Of a stretch of DNA of 64,000 nt, positions 18,597 through 28,217 are shown piece by piece (the first letter of the stretch is position 1; each line of letters opens with the position of its first letter). This stretch comes from a virus: the IMG/VR virus record IMGVR_UViG_648276708_000003. One strand, written 5' to 3'. Both the position numbers and the translations under genes were made by a program. The notes under the pieces are model-generated. The model had not been told where the DNA came from. It was given only the letters and a program-made list of their open reading frames with translations, and searched no databases.

Positions 18597-21500
18597 GTGG
18601 AAAATCCAGCAAACAGGGCGGTGCAGGAGGCGGGATCGGTTGAGGAACTGATCCGGCTGGTCATGCGCCTGCACAAACAGCGGACCGTCGTCGCGTTTGG
18701 CGTGACCAAGCGTGAAGGCGTGAGCCTGCAGCGTGAGCGCCGGAGTGCGAACGACAATGCGATCGCACTGCTTAAATCACTGCCGCAGGGCTTTGACGGC
18801 AACAAACTGACTGACGAGCAGCGCCGGGTACTGGCGGGCTACAGCGGCGAGGGCGGTCTGGAAGGAAGCGGCGGCAGTCAGTATGAGTACTACACGCCGC
18901 CATTCATGGCGGAAGGCATCTGGGATCTGTTTTCCGATTACGGCATTACCAGCGGTCACATGCTGGAGCCGTCAGCCGGTACCGGCGTTTTTCAGGAGAC
19001 AAAACCGGCTGGCGCTATGATGACGTCGGCGGAGATTTCTGACACGTCCGGACGTATCAACCAGCTGCTGCACCCGGAGGATGATGTTCGCCTGGGCGCA
19101 TTTGAGAAGCTGGCGGCATCCGTGCCGGATAACAGCTATGACCACGCTGTAGGTAACGTGCCGTTTGGCGACTCGCGCACAGGCTTTGCCGAGCTCGACC
19201 CGGCTTACCGCGATGAAACCAATGTTGGCCATTACTTTGTGATGCGCACCATCGACAAGGTGAAATTCGGCGGGTTGGTGGTGCTGGTGGTTCCTAACGG
19301 CATGACCGACGGCGGCGGCAATAACAAAAAGCTGCGCGATCGCGTCTCCCGCGTGGCGGAGTTCCTGGGCGCACACCGCATGCCGTCCGGCACGTTTGCC
19401 GAAAGCGGTACCGCAACGGTGGTGGATGTGTGGGTATTGCGCAAGCATACCGAGGCGCTGACTCAGCTGGTGCATGACAGCGATGATCAGTCTCTTGAGG
19501 CGGCAAGCGTACTGTGGCCAACGTTCATCCGGGGTAAGTGGTTTGAAACCGAAGGCCGTCGCTTTGTTCACGGTGAAACTGAGCGATCTGACTTCAATAA
19601 TATTCTGGTGGTCAAAAAAGATGGCCAGCTGACCAATGAGGCCATGAAGGCCGCACTGTCACGCCGCTTTGACAGCCGCATTGACTGGGATCGGCTGGGT
19701 ACGCCTGCCGCCGTCTGGCAGTCGCCGGTTGAAGGTGATAAGCGCCTCATGGCTGGCGTATGGCACACCTATGACGGCATCCGGTTTATCAAAGACGCCA
19801 CCACGGCATCGAGCGGGATTGATGCGAAGCGGTTCGGCGCGGCCACGTTTGGCGATCTCCAGACAAAAACACGCACCATTAACGGCATGCTGTCGCTCAA
19901 TAGCCGCGAACTGTATGCCGCCAGCGTCGAATACCCACAGCTGTTTGACGATCGCACCCATGCTGCGATCCGTTTCGCCATGCAGCAGAAACCGGGCCAC
20001 CGCTGGCGCGTTATGCGTGCCTCGATCATCGGTTTGCGTATCAATGACGCGCTGAATACACAGATGCTGGGCAGCGACGCCAGCGGCATCATTGCCGACG
20101 CTGCCCGTCTGGTAAGCGAAGAGGTGGGCCAGTACGGCACGCCGAAAGGCCTGAAACTGGCGGGGCTGTCTGACGCCAGCGCGAAAGGCTGGCTGAGTTT
20201 TCAGGCCAACGTGAGCCGTGAGGGCGATCTGTCCGCGCTGCTGAACGGCACCATCGACCGCAGCGAAGCCGTGGCCGTCGATTTCGCCAGCCCGGAGCAG
20301 GTGGTATCACATCTTTTCAGCGACGTTGATCTGGTTCCGGTTGCGCTGGCCGCCTTCCGCGCCGCGTATACCGGCCAGCTGCCGGAGGATGACGATGCGC
20401 TGCTGGCGCACCTGGCGACCTTCCCGGAGATCGCCCTCGATGGCAACGGCAATATCATGCCATTGGCCCGCGCCACCAGCGGGAACGTTCGCGGCAAAGT
20501 CTCCCGCCTGGCGGGGCTGATTGACGACGCGCCGGATGGCCCGGTAAAGGCGAACTATATCCGACAGCTGGAAGCCATTAACGAGAAGCGCAAGCACACG
20601 CCGATTGAAGACATTACGGTAAACCTCAATGCCCGCTGGCTGGACCGTCGCCTGATCAAAGAGTTTCTGATCGAGCAGGGCTTTGATGACTTCAAATACA
20701 CGCAGGATCTGGCAAACGACAATGGCTATCTGACCGCAGAAGACAACTACGCGGGCAAGGACGGCGTATTCTCTGGCTATCAGGTTCGATCTGTCACCAG
20801 CAAAGGCGGCGTGACCGAGTTCAAGCGCGCCAGCTACAAAGACGGCTTCTACAACCAGCTGGAAAATTACCTCAACGGCGTGAAGCCACGCGGGGTAAAT
20901 GCCAATGTGTACCTGAAGCGAATCAGTGAGCTGGAGTCGCATTTCAATGACTGGCTTCGCACTCATCCGGACGTGGAAAACGTTGTCAGTGATTACAACG
21001 ACGCCTTTAACGGCTACGTTCCGTTTGAGCACTCTTCTTCCTCGCTGCAGCTGCAGCAGATCAGCGGCAAACGTCTCCCGCTGAGCTACCAGAATGCCGA
21101 AGTCCGGCGCCTGTCAGAAGACGGCCGCGGCATCATGGGCTTTGGCACAGGCCTGGGTAAAACCACGACGGCGCTGGCGCTGGAAGCCTACAACTACGAG
21201 GTAGGGCGCAGTAAGCGAACCGTCTACGTCGTACCGAAAGCCGTCCTCCAGAACTGGTATCACGAAGCTCAGAGTTTCTACAGTGCCGAAGCCTTCCAGA
21301 ACATGCTGTTTGTCGGCCTGGATGAAGTGCGCGGCGAAGATGGCCAGATCATGCAGGCCCAGGAGCGCGACGAGAACAACGAGCCGAAACTGGACAAAGA
21401 CGGCCAGCCGGTAATGCGTAACGTGGTGAAAGAGTCCGCGGCCGCAACCGTGCTTGAGCGCATGAACATGATCCCGGTCTCCAACTACCGCGCCGTGATA

Positions 21501-24500
21501 ATGACCAAAGAGCAGTTTGGCGATATCCCGATGCGTCCGGAGACGATTGAGGAAAACTCCAATCAGGCAGTCTTTAACCAGATTGAGAATGGCCGCACGG
21601 ACCTGATGAAGTCCACGCACCGCGCCGCCACGTCCCGTAACAAACTCCGCGACAAAGCCGCCGATACCGGCACGAAGAAAAAGAGCCAGATCCCGTACTT
21701 TGAGGATATGCACTTTGACAGCGTGATCGCAGACGAAGGGCATAACTACCGCAACTCGCACAGCGCCGGACGTGAAGCAGGCCAGCTGGCCTACCTGCCT
21801 AATCCGTCCGTCTCTAAGATTGCCCGCGATATGGCCGTGAAAAGCCAGTACATGATGAAGAAGTACAACGGCCGCGGCGTCGTTATGCTGACCGCAACAC
21901 CGCTGGTTAACTCCCCGATTGACGCCTTTAACATGCTGTCACACGTCGTGTCGCTGGATGAGTGGAAGGCGATGGGGATACTGACGCCGGATGACTTTGT
22001 GCGTGTATTCGGGGAAACCGACACCGTTACCGTCCAGAAGATTTCAGGCGAACTGGAAGACAAGCAGGGGCTGGTGGGCTTCAAAAACCTTGATGGTCTG
22101 CGCGGCATCTTCCATCGCTGGACGACGCTTAAATCTGCTGCTGACGTGAAAGACAGCGTGAAGATCCCAGGCCTCGACGAGAAAACCGTTGGCGTGCCGA
22201 TGACGCGGGACCAGAAGGAGCTTTATGAAGAGCTCCGCTTGCGCGCCAGCCGTATCGGGCAAAAGGAAATCGTAGAGGACAATGGCGATGGTCATATTTC
22301 CATTGTGCAAAACGAAGACGATTTCATTTTCTCTGTTATCCGCGACATGGATAAGGTGGTTATCGATCCGGACCTGTACCGCTCCGCTATTACGTTCCGA
22401 TTCCGTGAAGAGGACGTAGAACTGGCGAAACAGGTGGCGCGTTCGCTGCCGGGTAAAGCCGGTGGCCAGCTGCTTGCCGGTGATGATGAAGAAACCGCTG
22501 AGGATGCGGAAACCGGCCTTACCGATACGCGCACCAGCAAGGTAGTCAAAACCACCCTGAAGGATCGCGGCGGCGTCGTGGAGCTGGTGGTGAGCGACAC
22601 GCTGGAGCAGCAGGTACTGGATGCGATCGCCGCTGCCGATATCAGCATGGAAAACGTCTCGCACCCGGTACCGCCGAAGTATGCCGCGCTGATTGAAAAC
22701 CTGAAGGCAGGCCTGCCAGACGGTAAGCAGATCATTTTCATGGATGAAAAGTCCCAGCACAACAAGCTGCGCCGCATCATCGCCAGCGCTCTGGGCCTGG
22801 CGGAGCAGCAGATAGGCATCATCAACGCCACAACAGTCAGCAAAGCATCTGGCGTGAAGTTGAAGCCCGTGAAGAAACCAGTTGAGCCGGTGGAAAAAGC
22901 GGACGGCAGTTTCAAGGACGGTGCCTGGGACAAGTATTATCAGGATCTGGCGCGCTATGAGGATTATCAGGCCGCAATGAGTGACGCCTCGCTGGCCGGT
23001 ATGGAAGGGATCGCCGCCGACTACAACGAAGGCCGCACGCCAATCATCATCTGCAACAAAAAGGCCGAAGTGGGGATTAACCTGCACAAAGGCACCGCCG
23101 ATTCACACCATCTGACACTCCCCTGGACGCCAGCCAGTATCGACCAGCGTAACGGACGCGGCGCCCGCGTGGGCTCCGAGCGCGACACCATGCGCGTGCA
23201 TTACTACTGTGGCAAAGGGTCATTTGACGAGTTCCGCTTGGAGACGCTGCAGCGTAAGAAAAACTGGATCAACGACGTCATGAAATCTGACGTTTCCAGC
23301 ATCAGAAACGGTGATGTGGAGTCCAAAGAAGAGCAGAGCCTGCTGCTGGCCGCTAACCCGGAAGAGCGCCGCGCCCGCGTGGATGCACAGCTGAAAGCGA
23401 AGCGTGAAGCGGACCGCCAGCAGGCCGAGCGTGAAGCCGCTGCCGCGCTGGATATCTACCTGAAAGCAAGTGTTGCGGCTGCTACCCCCGTAGAAGTGCT
23501 GGAAGACAACATTACCAAACTGTCTGCTGCCTTTGATGCGATCAACGGCGAGATTGATGGCTATCGCGAGGATGTCACTGTCGCTGAAGCCGCTTATAAC
23601 CGCGAAGTTGAGCAGTATGGCAAACGGTCAGCAGATCAGTGGCGCGGTCAGGACCGTCGCGTAGCGCGTGCTGCACTCCGTGATGGCCTGGCGAAGCAGA
23701 AGAAGCTGGAGCAGGAGCTGGGTGGCGCACGCAAGGCGCTGACTCGCTCCAAAAGTGCAGCCAGCACCATCAAGCGCTCCCGCGGGGAAGTAGAGCGCGC
23801 AATCAAGTCCGGCGTACTGGAAGTAGATCCGGACGTGCTGCGCGCCCCGGAGCAGTACATGAAACTGCCTGATGGCCAGCTGCTGCGAATTGGCGCGACC
23901 TATGAAATCTGGCTCAACGATGACCGCGAAAAAAAGGGCGTATTTCAGATCCGCAAATTCTTCCCGGAGAAAAATACGGTTGAGGTTGAACTGATCCACA
24001 AGCCGCTGCGCTGCTATACCGGTCCGAATATCGGTGGTTTTGCTGAAATGCCGTCTGCGCTGGTGAGCGACCGCGTGGATATCACCAGTGACCAGGCAAA
24101 AGCGCTCCAGACAGCAGCGAAGGGCATCGATCCTGTAAACCTGGCGGACACGCTGAGCCGTGATGACTTCTATGCGGCCATTCACGCGGGCGTCCTGAAT
24201 GTGCGCACAGACGGATGGCTGTACCGTGACAGTGACGGCAGGCTGAAACTGGCTTACCTCAGCGGCACGATCAGCGCCAGCGAAGAGCGTCCGGCTGAAA
24301 CGTGGCTGTACCCGGACCACAGCGACGAGCAGCTGAAGCGCGAGCTTTATCAGTACAGCGTGGATAACAACATCTACAGCGCGCAGGGCTTCTTTAAGGC
24401 GATGTTTGGCCGCAACTACGACATGGCATTGCAGGCTTACGGGAAGCAGGCGGGCATGGCGGACGTGGTTAAAGTCTTTAAGCGGCTGGTGGTGGAGTTT

Positions 24501-25466
24501 GAAGCAAACGACTCCAGAAATCGGACAATGACCGGCGCAACAGATGAAGAAGCACATGCCGCTTTCCTGGGCGCAGGGCAGGACCGTTACTACTGGAGCA
24601 ATTCAATCAGCCTTCGTCAGTTCCGTAACGGCATGGAAGAGTTCTCCAACCGTAACGAGTATGAAGTGATATTCGATCAGCTGCGTAACGAGATGGCCGA
24701 CGGCAAGATGCAGGCTATCAGGTCACTGACAGAGCAGTATGCCGCCGCCGCATTGCAGCAGTTCCGCCAGATGAGCGAGAGCGACAGCCAGGCCGGTATT
24801 GCTGTGCTGCTGGTAAAGTCGAAATTTGATGCACAATCCGACGTTACCCGACCGGCTACCGTTACCGAATCGCCTGCAGCAGTTTATCTGCGTGCCGGCG
24901 TTTCACTGGGCGCGCTCGATGAAGCTGCGATCAGTGCCGAAACGTTTACCTCATCCTCCGCCGTTATGAGCCGGTTAAATGAGATTTATGCGTGGCTGGA
25001 GCAGATGGAGAAGGGTGGATACCGGGATTACGCCGTAACGTGGGATGACTACAAAGGGATGATTATCGGCAAGCTGTCGCCTGATGCTGTGAAGGCCCGC
25101 CGCGATGAGGCTCAAAGACTCGCAGCAGCAGCGGCAACGACCGTGCGCACCGCACAGGTACAGAAGCAGTCCGATGGCTTCCAGGTCATGAAAAACGAGC
25201 AGGATCTGGTGGCTTCGCGCAAGTGGAAGAACCGCACTTTCAAAATCGACTTCCCGGCTGGTGGCGCTTATGTCCTGACGGACACCAGTGATAAGCCGGT
25301 GCTTAAGCGCAAAGCGGTTCGTGATCTCATCAAAGAGAAGTACGGCGCGAAATTCTGGAATTTTGAAGAAGATCCGGTAGCCGGAAACGAGTTCACACAA
25401 GCCGCCTGGCTTATCCCTTCCTCCCACGATCTCGATGCGTTACGCAACGATATTGTAAACGCATAA
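18597..25466 (+). CDS. darB: DarB antirestriction protein (N6-adenine MTase plus SNF2-type helicase)
   Basis: YEYYTP, LEPSAGTG, GNVPFG MTase motifs; GTGLGKT Walker A, DEGH, LTATP, QRNGRGAR helicase motifs; 2289 aa. Confidence 0.92.
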   Translation: MENPANRAVQEAGSVEELIRLVMRLHKQRTVVAFGVTKREGVSLQRERRSANDNAIALLKSLPQGFDGNKLTDEQRRVLAGYSGEGGLEGSGGSQYEYYTPPFMAEGIWDLFSDYGITSGHMLEPSAGTGVFQETKPAGAMMTSAEISDTSGRINQLLHPEDDVRLGAFEKLAASVPDNSYDHAVGNVPFGDSRTGFAELDPAYRDETNVGHYFVMRTIDKVKFGGLVVLVVPNGMTDGGGNNKKLRDRVSRVAEFLGAHRMPSGTFAESGTATVVDVWVLRKHTEALTQLVHDSDDQSLEAASVLWPTFIRGKWFETEGRRFVHGETERSDFNNILVVKKDGQLTNEAMKAALSRRFDSRIDWDRLGTPAAVWQSPVEGDKRLMAGVWHTYDGIRFIKDATTASSGIDAKRFGAATFGDLQTKTRTINGMLSLNSRELYAASVEYPQLFDDRTHAAIRFAMQQKPGHRWRVMRASIIGLRINDALNTQMLGSDASGIIADAARLVSEEVGQYGTPKGLKLAGLSDASAKGWLSFQANVSREGDLSALLNGTIDRSEAVAVDFASPEQVVSHLFSDVDLVPVALAAFRAAYTGQLPEDDDALLAHLATFPEIALDGNGNIMPLARATSGNVRGKVSRLAGLIDDAPDGPVKANYIRQLEAINEKRKHTPIEDITVNLNARWLDRRLIKEFLIEQGFDDFKYTQDLANDNGYLTAEDNYAGKDGVFSGYQVRSVTSKGGVTEFKRASYKDGFYNQLENYLNGVKPRGVNANVYLKRISELESHFNDWLRTHPDVENVVSDYNDAFNGYVPFEHSSSSLQLQQISGKRLPLSYQNAEVRRLSEDGRGIMGFGTGLGKTTTALALEAYNYEVGRSKRTVYVVPKAVLQNWYHEAQSFYSAEAFQNMLFVGLDEVRGEDGQIMQAQERDENNEPKLDKDGQPVMRNVVKESAAATVLERMNMIPVSNYRAVIMTKEQFGDIPMRPETIEENSNQAVFNQIENGRTDLMKSTHRAATSRNKLRDKAADTGTKKKSQIPYFEDMHFDSVIADEGHNYRNSHSAGREAGQLAYLPNPSVSKIARDMAVKSQYMMKKYNGRGVVMLTATPLVNSPIDAFNMLSHVVSLDEWKAMGILTPDDFVRVFGETDTVTVQKISGELEDKQGLVGFKNLDGLRGIFHRWTTLKSAADVKDSVKIPGLDEKTVGVPMTRDQKELYEELRLRASRIGQKEIVEDNGDGHISIVQNEDDFIFSVIRDMDKVVIDPDLYRSAITFRFREEDVELAKQVARSLPGKAGGQLLAGDDEETAEDAETGLTDTRTSKVVKTTLKDRGGVVELVVSDTLEQQVLDAIAAADISMENVSHPVPPKYAALIENLKAGLPDGKQIIFMDEKSQHNKLRRIIASALGLAEQQIGIINATTVSKASGVKLKPVKKPVEPVEKADGSFKDGAWDKYYQDLARYEDYQAAMSDASLAGMEGIAADYNEGRTPIIICNKKAEVGINLHKGTADSHHLTLPWTPASIDQRNGRGARVGSERDTMRVHYYCGKGSFDEFRLETLQRKKNWINDVMKSDVSSIRNGDVESKEEQSLLLAANPEERRARVDAQLKAKREADRQQAEREAAAALDIYLKASVAAATPVEVLEDNITKLSAAFDAINGEIDGYREDVTVAEAAYNREVEQYGKRSADQWRGQDRRVARAALRDGLAKQKKLEQELGGARKALTRSKSAASTIKRSRGEVERAIKSGVLEVDPDVLRAPEQYMKLPDGQLLRIGATYEIWLNDDREKKGVFQIRKFFPEKNTVEVELIHKPLRCYTGPNIGGFAEMPSALVSDRVDITSDQAKALQTAAKGIDPVNLADTLSRDDFYAAIHAGVLNVRTDGWLYRDSDGRLKLAYLSGTISASEERPAETWLYPDHSDEQLKRELYQYSVDNNIYSAQGFFKAMFGRNYDMALQAYGKQAGMADVVKVFKRLVVEFEANDSRNRTMTGATDEEAHAAFLGAGQDRYYWSNSISLRQFRNGMEEFSNRNEYEVIFDQLRNEMADGKMQAIRSLTEQYAAAALQQFRQMSESDSQAGIAVLLVKSKFDAQSDVTRPATVTESPAAVYLRAGVSLGALDEAAISAETFTSSSAVMSRLNEIYAWLEQMEKGGYRDYAVTWDDYKGMIIGKLSPDAVKARRDEAQRLAAAAATTVRTAQVQKQSDGFQVMKNEQDLVASRKWKNRTFKIDFPAGGAYVLTDTSDKPVLKRKAVRDLIKEKYGAKFWNFEEDPVAGNEFTQAAWLIPSSHDLDALRNDIVNA

Positions 25467-25496
25467 TTCAGGAGCGGCCCGCGAGGGCCGTCAAAC

Positions 25497-25925
25497 ATGA
25501 CGACACTCATTGATACCATCAAGCCAACCGAAACCTACATTGAGAGCCTGCTACCGCTGGCGCTGGACGGGCGAACCGAAGAGGCCTTTTTAGTAAACTA
25601 TCTGGAAAATTTAGTAAAGCGCGTGAGCAGTACGAGGTTTGCGTACCGGGCTTTTGGGCCGTGGTGGCCTGCCGTCAAAACGTTATTGCTGGAACGTGCT
25701 ACTACTAAATTTGGGCAGGTAGTCGAAAGCGATGTAGCTGAAATATACTCGCTTTCACGTCCTGCTCTTACGGTCATAGCTGCGCATCTGTACGCTGACG
25801 ACCGTACCGAAAACGATGCCGTATTCAGCGCGGTACATCTGCTTCCCGTGATGCCTTCGGCGGATGATACTGAACCTTACATGTACGTCAGCTATGATGA
25901 ATCCATAGAGAAAAGAAGATTTTAG
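25497..25925 (+). CDS. ulx: Ulx antirestriction accessory
   Basis: TL.DTIKP..TY, YRAFGPWWP.VK.LLLER, RPALT.IAA.LY match recalled P1 Ulx. Confidence 0.85.
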   Translation: MTTLIDTIKPTETYIESLLPLALDGRTEEAFLVNYLENLVKRVSSTRFAYRAFGPWWPAVKTLLLERATTKFGQVVESDVAEIYSLSRPALTVIAAHLYADDRTENDAVFSAVHLLPVMPSADDTEPYMYVSYDESIEKRRF

Positions 25926-25933
25926 GAGACACC

Positions 25934-26215
25934 GTGCCGCGAGAGAACAAGTACCTTAAGCTGGAGGAACTGGAAGCCTATGCCTATGCCAATGGTGCTG
26001 AGCTGAATTTTTACCCCCCGACTGGAGTATTTACGATGCGTAATCGCCAGGATCATGAAGCATGGGTATGGGTAATTAATCCCTACACACAGGAGAGAGT
26101 TAAGCGGGTACGGGAACTGGATAAAAGTAGCTGGATTTCTGCGCTGCAGGATGCGTTAAATCGGCTGAAAAATGCCGGAGAAGCCTTGCCGCAGGTGAAA
26201 AGTGACGAAAAGTAG
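25934..26215 (+). CDS. Small protein at the lxc position (possible Lxc/Bof-like corepressor)
   Basis: Synteny after ulx; only weak resemblance to Lxc. Confidence 0.45.
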   Translation: MPRENKYLKLEELEAYAYANGAELNFYPPTGVFTMRNRQDHEAWVWVINPYTQERVKRVRELDKSSWISALQDALNRLKNAGEALPQVKSDEK

Positions 26216-26224
26216 TTATTTTAA

Positions 26225-26253
26225 TTGACGCTAAATTAGAAAACCCTTAGATT
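26225..26253 (+). promoter_or_regulatory. Sigma70 promoter overlapped by candidate C1-like operator
   Basis: TTGACG-17-TAGATT; minus strand 26234-26253 AATCTAA-GGGTTTTC-TAATT. Confidence 0.65.
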
Positions 26254-26279
26254 GCGTTAAGCAGCTAAGGCAGCGACAA

Positions 26280-26356
26280 AGAAAAAGCCCGACCATAAGG
26301 CCGGGCTTTCACTTTGCAGGGGTTCAGTTTGGCGACGTACACCCCTGCACCTAACA
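26280..26356 (-). ncRNA. Candidate cis-antisense RNA with CGCCAA loop
   Basis: Extended -10 TGGTATATT (26362-26370, minus), hairpin TGCAGGGGT..CGCCAA..ACCCCTGCA, terminator AAAGCCCGGCC-TTAT-GGTCGGGCTTTTT. Confidence 0.5.
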
Positions 26357-26369
26357 AAGAGAATATACC

Positions 26370-26534
26370 ATGAATAATTTTGCGCAGCGTGATTTTGTTA
26401 ATGCCACCTCAAACAAGGCTCTTTCAGCAATAGCCACGCCTTTTTCTAATGTGATCGGCAGGTTCCTTGTACTTTGCTTCAGTACGCTCGGTATCGTTTA
26501 CAGCCTGGCGTTCATGTGGATGGCCCACCAGTAA
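26370..26534 (+). CDS. 54-aa peptide with one C-terminal TM helix
   Basis: MNNFAQRDFVNATSNKALSAIATPFSNVIGRFLVLCFSTLGIVYSLAFMWMAHQ; below ORF-track cutoff. Confidence 0.5.
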   Translation: MNNFAQRDFVNATSNKALSAIATPFSNVIGRFLVLCFSTLGIVYSLAFMWMAHQ

Positions 26535-26670
26535 AATGATAACTGCCTGTAATAACTATCTTTCAAAGATGTAGATTACAGGCTTGTTTTTTCCCGTCTC
26601 AACGTTAAAAATACCCCCCAACGCAGATCCACTTTTTAGACTAATTAATCATCGGTTGGCAATTTCGGAT

Positions 26671-27261
26671 ATGCGCTTCAGTGATGAGTGGTTGCACTCC
26701 TATAAAAAAAATCAAAAAACCCGCACCAAAGCAGCTGTTAAATCTGCTGGTGGAGCGTCGGTAAAATCCGGCAAAACCTCTGCCTGGTTAGCGGCAGCTT
26801 TAGAAATATCGGTTCACGCAAAAGCGCTGGCCGCTCTCGTCAAAAATCCCGATCTGCGCAAAGGCAAACAAGAGCATTTCGATCAGGTTCGAATCTTTGA
26901 CCATTTTCACCGTCACAACAGGGTTATTTATGACCATCTGTATGCCGTACCAAACGGAGGATTTCGCTTAAAGGCGACCGCCGCAGCGATCGAGGCTGAA
27001 GGCGCAAAGCGGGGCGTTCCGGATATGTCCCTGGAAATACCGGCAGGCATCTATCACGGAATGCGGGTAGAGCAGAAACACGGAAAGAATATGCCTTCTG
27101 AGTTTCAGCTGACGTGGATGCGTCGCCTGAAAGAGCAGGGGTATTACGTTCTTTTATCATTTTCACCTGAAGAGACGATCAGCGTGATTGAGCAATACGC
27201 AGTTCTCAAAGCAGGCGAAGCAATGCCAGCGCATGAGAATGACGGTTTCTGGAGCGAATAA
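26671..27261 (+). CDS. VRR-NUC domain nuclease
   Basis: YAVPNGG.R, EGAKRGVPD, E.K......S..Q..W...L...GY; ATG 26671 preferred over TTG 26584. Confidence 0.85.
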   Translation: MRFSDEWLHSYKKNQKTRTKAAVKSAGGASVKSGKTSAWLAAALEISVHAKALAALVKNPDLRKGKQEHFDQVRIFDHFHRHNRVIYDHLYAVPNGGFRLKATAAAIEAEGAKRGVPDMSLEIPAGIYHGMRVEQKHGKNMPSEFQLTWMRRLKEQGYYVLLSFSPEETISVIEQYAVLKAGEAMPAHENDGFWSE

Positions 27262-27780
27262 GTGCTTTTTGACGCGCAGTTTTTTACCGGATGCCCCACC
27301 TTTGAGCAGTATGCGCGCCGTCAAAAGACGCGCGACGGCTTGGGCCGTGGGCTTTCGGTTTTTGCCGACATGGCTATGGACGTCGGCATTTTCAAAGTAC
27401 CGAAGCAGGAGCTTATGTCGCGCAGCGGCATGAGTAACCGCCAGCTGAACTATTTCGGCGGCGTGAAGGGGATCAGTTACATCTTGAGAAAATCATTAAC
27501 AGAAGGACGCGGACGCATGACTACGGCACAGATCGAAGGTTTGAGCAAAATTGGAATCGGTGCCATTACGTGCAGCTATGACCGCGCCTTGCTGAAGATG
27601 AAAGAGGATCCGGAATTGCTGATGCGCCGGGAAGCGTGGGAGGCGGGTTACTTTGTGTCGCTTGAGCAGGAGCATGAAGGCTGTGACGTGCTGATACTGA
27701 CCCGACCGGACGGCGACGTTGAGATACACGAACTGAGCATTAACGATATGCGCGTCAGCGACTGGGTAGTTATCAGCTGA
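27262..27780 (+). CDS. Hypothetical protein, C-terminal DUF2829/Tad2-like domain
   Basis: SYDRAL.KMK...LMRREAW..G.F and LS.NDMR.SDW.V. Confidence 0.55.
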   Translation: MLFDAQFFTGCPTFEQYARRQKTRDGLGRGLSVFADMAMDVGIFKVPKQELMSRSGMSNRQLNYFGGVKGISYILRKSLTEGRGRMTTAQIEGLSKIGIGAITCSYDRALLKMKEDPELLMRREAWEAGYFVSLEQEHEGCDVLILTRPDGDVEIHELSINDMRVSDWVVIS

Positions 27781-28076
27781 TGGGCCAGGATAAGCCATAC
27801 CACTACCATACTGTCTGCTACATGGGCGACAACGGGAAGATGAGATCCGGAATCGTCCAGCTGGCCACACGTCAGATTTCCCGCCAGACGCTTGAGAACG
27901 TCCGGGCTACGCTTAGCTTTGACGAAAACGCAGTGCTGATCTCGCACAGCTACCTGGGCAGGATGACGCAGACAGAGTATGAGACCGGCGAGATCAAGGT
28001 GCCGTCTGTACTGCTGAACGTGCTGATGATTATCACTGTGGCCGCCATAGCCGTAACGGCGCTGAAACTGCTGTAA
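27780..28076 (+). CDS. Hypothetical protein with C-terminal TM anchor
   Basis: Coupled to upstream stop; hydrophobic C-terminus. Confidence 0.65.
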   Translation: MGQDKPYHYHTVCYMGDNGKMRSGIVQLATRQISRQTLENVRATLSFDENAVLISHSYLGRMTQTEYETGEIKVPSVLLNVLMIITVAAIAVTALKLL

Positions 28077-28082
28077 CCCTCT

Positions 28083-28115
28083 GCTGGTGGCGGAGTCCAC
28101 GGTAACGCCACCAGC
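28083..28115. repeat. Hairpin whose arms each contain a Chi octamer
   Basis: GCTGGTGGCG-13 nt-CGCCACCAGC. Confidence 0.7.
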
Positions 28116-28138
28116 AATCTCACCTTGATAGTTTAATC

Positions 28139-28158
28139 AAATCTAAGAAAACTCTTAG
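28139..28158. promoter_or_regulatory. Candidate C1-like operator
   Basis: AAATCTAAGAAAACTCTTAG, exact reverse complement of 29532-29551. Confidence 0.6.
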
Positions 28159-28217
28159 GCAGTGGTTAATTTCGAGTTATCATCCGCCGCAAATTACACG
28201 CGGATCTGATTCTCAAT

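Noticed and set aside
18777-25522. Many minus-strand ORFs over darB, and similar shadow ORFs over other genes
   Set aside because: Antisense shadows of GC-rich coding sequence with no motifs or RBS
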